From: a virus
Taxonomy: Duplodnaviria; Heunggongvirae; Uroviricota; Caudoviricetes
Length of the DNA: 34,027 nucleotides
Direction: 5' to 3' (one strand)
Virus record (IMG/VR): IMGVR_UViG_2698536418_000026
Below, piece after piece: positions 27,846-34,027 of this stretch. The number at the start of each line of letters is the position of its first letter. Position 1 is the first letter of the stretch. The notes beneath the pieces are model-generated. The model was not told where the DNA came from, searched no databases, and saw only the letters and a list, made by a program, of their open reading frames with translations. The position numbers and the translations under genes are program-made.

Positions 27846-28364
27846 ATGGCAATGCCGCGCAAACTCAAGTTAATGAACGTCTTTCTGAACGGCTACAGCT
27901 ATCAGGGCGTTGCAAAGTCCGTCACGCTGCCAAAACTGACCCGTAAGCTCGAAAACTATCGCGGTGCGGGGATGAACGGCAGCGCACCGGTAGACCTCGG
28001 CCTTGATGACGATGCGCTGTCAATGGAGTGGTCGCTCGGTGGCTTCCCGGATTCGGTTATCTGGGAGCTTTACGCCGCAACCGGTGTGGATGCCGTGCCG
28101 ATTCGTTTTGCAGGCTCTTACCAGCGCGACGATACCGGCGAAACGGTGGCCGTCGAAGTGGTCATGCGTGGCCGTCAGAAAGAAATCGACACCGGCGAGG
28201 GTAAACAGGGAGAAGACACCGAGTCGAAAATCTCCGTGGTCTGCACCTATTTCCGGCTGACGATGGACGGTAAGGAGCTGGTCGAAATTGACACCATCAA
28301 CATGATTGAGAAGGTGAACGGCGTCGACCGACTGGAGCAACACCGCCGCAATATCGGCCTGTGA
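27846..28364 (+). CDS. FII: Tail tube protein (P2 FII-like)
   Basis: 172 aa as in P2 FII. Confidence 0.9.
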   Translation: MAMPRKLKLMNVFLNGYSYQGVAKSVTLPKLTRKLENYRGAGMNGSAPVDLGLDDDALSMEWSLGGFPDSVIWELYAATGVDAVPIRFAGSYQRDDTGETVAVEVVMRGRQKEIDTGEGKQGEDTESKISVVCTYFRLTMDGKELVEIDTINMIEKVNGVDRLEQHRRNIGL

Positions 28365-28420
28365 TTTTCATCCGGTCAGCCTGGCTGACCGGTTAACCCT
28401 GATTCAGAAGAGAGAAAACC

Positions 28421-28696
28421 ATGAACAAAGAAAATGTGATTACCCTGGACAATCCGGTCAAGCGTGGTGAGCAGGTCATCGAACAGGTCACGCTGATGAA
28501 ACCCAGTGCCGGGACGCTGCGCGGTGTCAGTCTGGCTGCGGTCGCGAACTCCGAAGTCGATGCACTGATTAAGGTGCTGCCGCGCATGACGGCACCGATG
28601 CTGACCGAGCAGGAAGTCGCCGCGCTGGAACTGCCTGACCTTGTGGCGCTGGCCGGTAAGGTGGTCGGTTTTTTGTCGCCGAACTCGGTGCAGTAA
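28421..28696 (+). CDS. E: Tail assembly chaperone E
   Basis: 91 aa as in P2 E; contains slippery heptamer. Confidence 0.85.
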   Translation: MNKENVITLDNPVKRGEQVIEQVTLMKPSAGTLRGVSLAAVANSEVDALIKVLPRMTAPMLTEQEVAALELPDLVALAGKVVGFLSPNSVQ

Positions 28697-28848
28697 CGTT
28701 CCCGAAAAATCTCTCGGTCGATGACCTGATGGCGGATGTGGCAGTGATATTTCACTGGCCGCCATCAGAACTGTATCCCATGAGCCTGACCGAACTCATC
28801 ACATGGCGCGAAAAGGCGCTCCGGCGAAGCGGAAACACGAATGAGTAA
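28421..28848 (+). CDS. Tail assembly chaperone E+E' produced by programmed -1 frameshift
   Basis: Slippery sequence G GTT TTT TG at 28667-28675 in the E frame; the -1 frame stays open to TAA at 28846-28848, overlapping the T start, as in P2. Confidence 0.6.
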
Positions 28849-31288
28849 CAATGTAAAATTACAGGTATTGCTCAGGGCTGTTGACCAGGCATCCCGCCCG
28901 TTTAAATCCATCCGCACAGCGAGCAAATCGCTGTCGGGGGATATCCGGGAAACACAAAAATCACTGCGCGAGCTGAACGGTCAGGCATCCCGTATTGAGG
29001 GATTTCGCAAGACCAGTGCACAGCTCGCCGTGACTGGTCATGCACTTGAAAAGGCTCGGCAGGAAGCCGAAGCCCTTGCCACACAGTTTAAAAACACTGA
29101 ACGTCCGACCCGTGCTCAGGCGAAAGTGCTGGAATCCGCAAAGCGTGCGGCGGAGGACTTACAGGCGAAATATAACCGCCTGACGGATTCCGTTAAACGC
29201 CAGCAGCGGGAACTGGCCGCTGTGGGAATTAATACCCGCAATCTTGCACATGATGAGCAGGGACTGAAAAACCGTATCAGTGAAACCACCGCACAGCTTA
29301 ACCGTCAGCGTGATGCGCTGGCGCGTGTCAGTGCGCAACAGGCAAAACTTAACGCAGTAAAACAGCGTTATCAGGCCGGAAAGGAACTGGCCGGAAATAT
29401 GGCCTCAGTGGGCGCTGCCGGTGTGGGGATTGCGGCGGCGGGAACGATGGCCGGAGTTAAGTTGCTGATGCCCGGTTATGAGTTTGCGCAGAAAAACTCA
29501 GAATTGCAGGCCGTGCTCGGAGTGGCAAAAGACTCCGCCGAAATGACCGCACTACGCAAACAGGCGCGCCAGCTCGGTGACAACACCGCCGCCTCGGCGG
29601 ATGATGCGGCCGGTGCACAGATAATCATCGCGAAAGCGGGTGGGGATGTTGATGCCATTCAGGCGGCAACGCCGGTCACGCTGAATATGGCGCTGGCGAA
29701 CCGCCGCACGATGGAAGAAAACGCCGCCCTGCTGATGGGGATGAAATCCGCCTTTCAGCTTTCAAACGATAAGGTCGCTCATATCGGGGATGTTCTCTCC
29801 ATGACGATGAACAAAACCGCCGCCGATTTTGACGGCATGAGCGATGCGCTGACCTATGCCGCACCTGTGGCAAAAAATGCCGGTGTCAGCATTGAAGAAA
29901 CTGCCGCAATGGTCGGGGCGCTGCATGATGCAAAAATCACAGGCTCAATGGCGGGGACGGGAAGCCGTGCCGTGTTAAGTCGCCTGCAGGCACCGACGGG
30001 AAAAGCATGGGATGCACTCAAAGAGCTTGGCGTGAAAACCTCAGACAGTAAGGGGAATACCCGACCAGTATTTACCATTCTGAAAGAAATGCAGGCCAGC
30101 TTTGAGAAAAACCGGCTCGGTACTGCCCAGCAGGCTGAATACATGAAAACTATTTTCGGGGAGGAGGCCAGCTCAGCCGCCGCCGTGCTGATGACTGCCG
30201 CCTCAACCGGAAAGCTGGACAAACTGACCGCTGCGTTTAAAGCCTCAGACGGGAAGACCGCCGAGCTGGTAAATATCATGCAGGACAACCTCGGCGGTGA
30301 CTTTAAGGAGTTTCAGTCCGCTTATGAGGCGGTGGGGACTGACCTGTTTGACCAGCAGGAAGGCGCACTGCGTAAGCTCACGCAGACGGCCACAAAGTAT
30401 GTGTTAAAACTCGACGGCTGGATCCAGAAAAACAAATCACTGGCGTCAACCATCGGCATCATTGTCGGTGGTGCACTGGCACTGATTGGTGTCATCGGTG
30501 CCATTGGCCTCGTAGCCTGGCCGGTTATCACCGGCATCAATGCCATCATCGCGGCAGCAGGCGCAATGGGGGCAATCTTCACGACGGTTGGCAGTGCTGT
30601 TATGACCGCCATCGGAGCGATTAGCTGGCCGGTTGTGGCCGTGGTGGCCGCCATTGTCGCCGGGGCGTTGCTTATCCGTAAATACTGGGAGCCTGTCAGC
30701 GCATTCTTTGGCGGTGTGGTGGAAGGGCTGAAAGCGGCATTTGCGCCGGTGGGGGAACTGTTCACGCCACTTAAGCCGGTGTTTGACTGGTTGGGCGAAA
30801 AGTTACAGGCCGCGTGGCAGTGGTTTAAAAACCTGATCGCCCCGGTTAAAGCCACCCAGGACACCCTGAACCGTTGCCGTGACACGGGCGTCATGTTCGG
30901 GCAGGCACTGGCTGACGCGTTGATGCTGCCGCTTAATGCGTTCAACAAACTGCGCAGTGGTATTGACTGGGTACTGGAAAAACTCGGTGTTATCAACAAA
31001 GAGTCAGACACACTTGACCAGACCGCCGCCAGAACTCATGCCGCCACGTATGGCACCGGTGGTTATATTCCGGCGACCAGCTCTTATGCAGGCTATCAGG
31101 CTTATCAGCCGGTTACGGCACCGGCTGGCCGCTCTTATGTGGACCAGAGTAAAAACGAATATCACATCAGTCTGACGGGCGGTACTGCGCCGGGGACTCA
31201 GCTCGACCGCCAGTTACAGGATGCGCTCGAAAAATACGAGCGGGATAAACGTGCGCGCGCCCGTGCCAGCATGATGCATGACGGTTAA
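28841..31288 (+). CDS. T: Tail tape measure protein (P2 gpT-like)
   Basis: 815 aa as in P2 T; coiled-coil N-terminal half, Gly/Ala-rich hydrophobic segment in the middle. Confidence 0.9.
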   Translation: MSNNVKLQVLLRAVDQASRPFKSIRTASKSLSGDIRETQKSLRELNGQASRIEGFRKTSAQLAVTGHALEKARQEAEALATQFKNTERPTRAQAKVLESAKRAAEDLQAKYNRLTDSVKRQQRELAAVGINTRNLAHDEQGLKNRISETTAQLNRQRDALARVSAQQAKLNAVKQRYQAGKELAGNMASVGAAGVGIAAAGTMAGVKLLMPGYEFAQKNSELQAVLGVAKDSAEMTALRKQARQLGDNTAASADDAAGAQIIIAKAGGDVDAIQAATPVTLNMALANRRTMEENAALLMGMKSAFQLSNDKVAHIGDVLSMTMNKTAADFDGMSDALTYAAPVAKNAGVSIEETAAMVGALHDAKITGSMAGTGSRAVLSRLQAPTGKAWDALKELGVKTSDSKGNTRPVFTILKEMQASFEKNRLGTAQQAEYMKTIFGEEASSAAAVLMTAASTGKLDKLTAAFKASDGKTAELVNIMQDNLGGDFKEFQSAYEAVGTDLFDQQEGALRKLTQTATKYVLKLDGWIQKNKSLASTIGIIVGGALALIGVIGAIGLVAWPVITGINAIIAAAGAMGAIFTTVGSAVMTAIGAISWPVVAVVAAIVAGALLIRKYWEPVSAFFGGVVEGLKAAFAPVGELFTPLKPVFDWLGEKLQAAWQWFKNLIAPVKATQDTLNRCRDTGVMFGQALADALMLPLNAFNKLRSGIDWVLEKLGVINKESDTLDQTAARTHAATYGTGGYIPATSSYAGYQAYQPVTAPAGRSYVDQSKNEYHISLTGGTAPGTQLDRQLQDALEKYERDKRARARASMMHDG

Positions 31289-31302
31289 GGAGGTGACGAA
31301 AA

Positions 31303-31782
31303 ATGATGCTCGCGTTAGGTATGTTTGTTTTTATGCGCCAGACGCTGCCACACCAGACCATGCAGCGTGAATCAGATTATCGCTGGCCGTCAAATTCCCG
31401 TATCGGTAAACGGGATGCCTTTCAGTTTCTCGGTGTTGGCGAGGAAAACATCACGGTTGCCGGTGTGCTTTATCCCGAACTGACCGGCGGAAAGCTGACG
31501 ATGACCACGCTCAGGCTGATGGCAGAGGAAGGCCGGGCGTGGCCGTTGCTGGATGGCACCGGCATGATTTACGGCATGTATGTCATCAGCAGGGTGAGTG
31601 AAACAGGGAGTATTTTCTTTGCAGACGGCGCACCCCGGAAAATTGATTTTACGCTGTCGCTCACCCGCGTTGATGAATCACTGGCCGCGCTTTATGGCGA
31701 TATCGGTAAACAGGCGGAATCGCTCATCGGTAAGGCTGGCAGTATGGCGACCAGATTCACGGGTATGACGGGGGCGGGATAA
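31303..31782 (+). CDS. U: Tail protein U
   Basis: 159 aa as in P2 U. Confidence 0.9.
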   Translation: MMLALGMFVFMRQTLPHQTMQRESDYRWPSNSRIGKRDAFQFLGVGEENITVAGVLYPELTGGKLTMTTLRLMAEEGRAWPLLDGTGMIYGMYVISRVSETGSIFFADGAPRKIDFTLSLTRVDESLAALYGDIGKQAESLIGKAGSMATRFTGMTGAG

Positions 31783-32945
31783 TGCTGGATGCGCTGACAT
31801 TTGATGCAGGCAGTACGCTGACGCCGGATTACATGCTGATGCTCGACAGCAGGGATATTACCGGCAATATCAGCGACCGTCTGATGAGCATGACCCTGAC
31901 GGATAACCGGGGCTTTGAGGCTGACCAGCTTGATATTGAACTGAACGATGCCGACGGGCAGGTCGGGCTGCCGGTTCGTGGCGCTGTCCTGACGGTGTAT
32001 ATCGGCTGGAAAGGTTTTGCCCTGGTATGCAAAGGGAAATTTACCGTTGATGAGGTTGAACACCGGGGCGCGCCGGATGTGGTTACCATCCGCGCCCGGA
32101 GTGCAGATTTTCGCGGGACGCTCAATTCCCGCCGTGAAGGCTCCTGGCATGACACCACGCTCGGTGCGATTGTTGAGGTGATAGCCTCCCGTAACAGGCT
32201 GGAAGCCAGTGTCGCGCCGTCACTGGCCGGAATTAAAATCCCGCACATCGACCAGTCGCAGGAGTCTGATGCAAAATTCCTGACCCGCCTTGCTGAACGC
32301 AACGGCGGTGAGGTGTCGGTAAAAATGGGAAAACTGTTGTTTCTCAAAGCGGGGCAGGGAGTGACGGCCAGCGGTAAAAAAATCCCGCAGGTCACCATAA
32401 CCCGCAGCGACGGCGACCGCCATCATTTTGCGATTGCTGACCGTGGAGCCTATACCGGCGTAACGGCAAAGTGGCTTCACACCAAAGACCCGAAGCCGCA
32501 AAAGCAGAAGGTAAAACTGAAACGCAAAAAGAAAGAAAAACACCTGCGCGCACTGGAGCACCCGAAAGCGAAACCGGTCACGCAGAAGAAAGCGCCAAAA
32601 GTACCGGAAGCGCGCGAAGGTGAATACATGGCCGGTGAGGCTGACAACGTTTTTGCCCTGACCACGGTATATGCCACGAAAGCACAGGCCATGCGTGCTG
32701 CTCAGGCGAAGTGGGATAAACTGCAACGGGGCGTTGCGGAGTTCTCCATCATCCTGGCTACCGGTCGTGCAGATATTTACACGGAAACACCGGTTAAAGT
32801 GTCAGGCTTTAAGCGCGTCATAGACGAGCAGGACTGGACAATCACTAAGGTGACACATTTTCTGAATAATAGCGGCTTCACGACGTCCTTAGAGCTTGAG
32901 GTCAGGCTTTCTGATGTGGAGTATGAAACAGAAGATGATGAGTGA
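31782..32945 (+). CDS. D: Tail protein D (late-gene product)
   Basis: 387 aa as in P2 D. Confidence 0.9.
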   Translation: MLDALTFDAGSTLTPDYMLMLDSRDITGNISDRLMSMTLTDNRGFEADQLDIELNDADGQVGLPVRGAVLTVYIGWKGFALVCKGKFTVDEVEHRGAPDVVTIRARSADFRGTLNSRREGSWHDTTLGAIVEVIASRNRLEASVAPSLAGIKIPHIDQSQESDAKFLTRLAERNGGEVSVKMGKLLFLKAGQGVTASGKKIPQVTITRSDGDRHHFAIADRGAYTGVTAKWLHTKDPKPQKQKVKLKRKKKEKHLRALEHPKAKPVTQKKAPKVPEAREGEYMAGEADNVFALTTVYATKAQAMRAAQAKWDKLQRGVAEFSIILATGRADIYTETPVKVSGFKRVIDEQDWTITKVTHFLNNSGFTTSLELEVRLSDVEYETEDDE

Positions 32946-33026
32946 TGTTTTTATTTTATCTGTTTGTTTTATAAGGATAAATTAACTAAAATGGCACCAT
33001 CAACAAAACCGGAAGAGGTGCTCGCG

Positions 33027-33245
33027 ATGTTTCATTGTCCTTTATGCCAGCATGCCGCACATGCGCGTACAAGCCGCTATATCACTGACACGACAAAAGA
33101 GCGTTATCACCAGTGCCAGAACGTGAATTGCAGCGCCACGTTCATCACTTATGAGTCGGTACAGAGATACATCGTGAAGCCTGGAGAAGTCCACGCCGTG
33201 AGGCCGCACCCGTTGCCGTCAGGGCAGCAAATTATGTGGATGTAA
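33027..33245 (+). CDS. ogr: Late-gene transcription activator Ogr (zinc-finger)
   Basis: Internal Met of the 32964..33245 ORF gives 72 aa MFHCPLCQHAAHARTSRYITDTTKERYHQCQNVNCSATF... with the CxxC ... CxxxxC zinc-finger of the Ogr/Delta family. Confidence 0.85.
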   Translation: MFHCPLCQHAAHARTSRYITDTTKERYHQCQNVNCSATFITYESVQRYIVKPGEVHAVRPHPLPSGQQIMWM

Positions 33246-33254
33246 TTACAAACA

Positions 33255-33286
33255 GAAAGCCCCTCAGTCGAGGGGCTTTCTGTTTT
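33255..33286 (+). terminator. Rho-independent terminator after ogr
   Basis: GAAAGCCCCTC-agtc-GAGGGGCTTTC hairpin followed by TGTTTT. Confidence 0.6.
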
Positions 33287-33385
33287 GGGGAATATTCTTC
33301 ATTAAAAGTAGTGGATCACGTTTAATAAACTATGTTTATCATATACTTAAAAGTAACTTTTTAAAGTTGGACAGGTTGGTGGAAA

Positions 33386-34027
33386 ATGGAAAAAGTTATA
33401 ATTGAGCTTGATAATCGTTGGGAGTTAGCTGATTTCGCGGTCTTAACGAAAGAGTATTTGCAGCTATATGGTTTTTTTTATGGCCTAAAAGGAGGATCAA
33501 GAGGATATTCAACAATGCCTTGGGAGGGTGGGCACAGTGTAGTGAACTTTTTTAGAGGGGCTTACAGTGCGACTCCACCAGATTTACGTCCTGTAGTGAA
33601 AAAAATTCAGTATGCCTCTCCTGGCTTTATTGAATTGTCTGCTCTTATTGATATCTCTTGGCAGATTGCTGAGTTAGTTACTGCTGTTGGTGGAAGTATT
33701 CTGGCTGCCAACAAAGTTTACGATCAGGTGATGCGTACATATCGACAAAGAGAATGGGCAAAGTTGAAATCAGAGAAGCTGCGTATACAGAATCAAATTA
33801 AAGAGATTGAACTTGTTTCTGACGCAGTTAAATCACTTGAATCTGTGATGGCACTTAGTGAAGAACAACGTAAAAACTTGGTTCAACTATCGGGGGCAGA
33901 TGAACTGGTTCAGTTAAAGATACTTTTGGCTGTTTACCGACGGTTATCTCCTCTTGTTGAGTTGCAAAACAGCGGGAAAGCTAATTTTTCTGCAGGGAAA
34001 AATAAAAATTTAAAAGCGTCCGATTAA
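33386..34027 (+). CDS. Hypothetical protein, AT-rich, unknown function (possible moron or flanking host gene)
   Basis: 213-aa ORF with SD GGTGG 6 nt upstream; coiled-coil-like C-terminal half; no motif I can recognise; stop codon coincides with the window end. Confidence 0.55.
   Translation: MEKVIIELDNRWELADFAVLTKEYLQLYGFFYGLKGGSRGYSTMPWEGGHSVVNFFRGAYSATPPDLRPVVKKIQYASPGFIELSALIDISWQIAELVTAVGGSILAANKVYDQVMRTYRQREWAKLKSEKLRIQNQIKEIELVSDAVKSLESVMALSEEQRKNLVQLSGADELVQLKILLAVYRRLSPLVELQNSGKANFSAGKNKNLKASD

Noticed and set aside
29476-32726. ORFs antisense to T and D (e.g. 29854..30288, 30322..31011 at 229 aa, 31829..32398, 32220..32726)
   Set aside because: Low-complexity Ala/Ser/Thr-rich translations typical of antisense reading of Gly/Ala-rich tape-measure codons; no start context.
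33246-33385. Searched for a P2 attR core sequence after ogr
   Set aside because: I could not identify a convincing core; the cognate attL lies outside the window (left of the int stop), so no direct-repeat comparison is possible, and this integrase may use a different site than P2.

Overview
The window is an almost complete P2-like (Peduovirus-type) temperate prophage of an enterobacterium, running from the stop codon of the integrase (nt 1) to just past ogr. Gene order and protein lengths match phage P2 as I recall it (no database search was possible): int - C - cox - (orf78) - B - orf80-83 - A | cargo | cos | Q - P - O - N - M - L - X - Y - K - lysA - lysB/lysC - R - S - V - W - J - I - H - G ... 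FI - FII - E/E' - T - U - D - ogr. Three places depart from the P2 backbone. (1) Between replication gene A and cos, where P2 carries tin/old, sits a single AT-rich 827-aa gene on the minus strand (6018..8501) encoding an SF2 helicase fused to a C-terminal PD-(D/E)xK nuclease; this is the best candidate for a novel single-gene anti-phage system. (2) Between the tail fibre genes and FI, where P2 carries Z/fun, there is a Gin/Hin-family DNA invertase with an invertible tail-fibre module (alternative fibre tips and chaperones, gix-like crossover sites). Here it sits in an unusual complex arrangement: two perfect ~1.3 kb inverted repeat pairs with a 1-nt untemplated base at each breakpoint, leaving truncated copies of G, the invertase, H and the alternative chaperone. 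(3) Downstream of ogr and its terminator there is an AT-rich 213-aa ORF of unknown function (33386..34027). No tRNA, rRNA or CRISPR array was seen.
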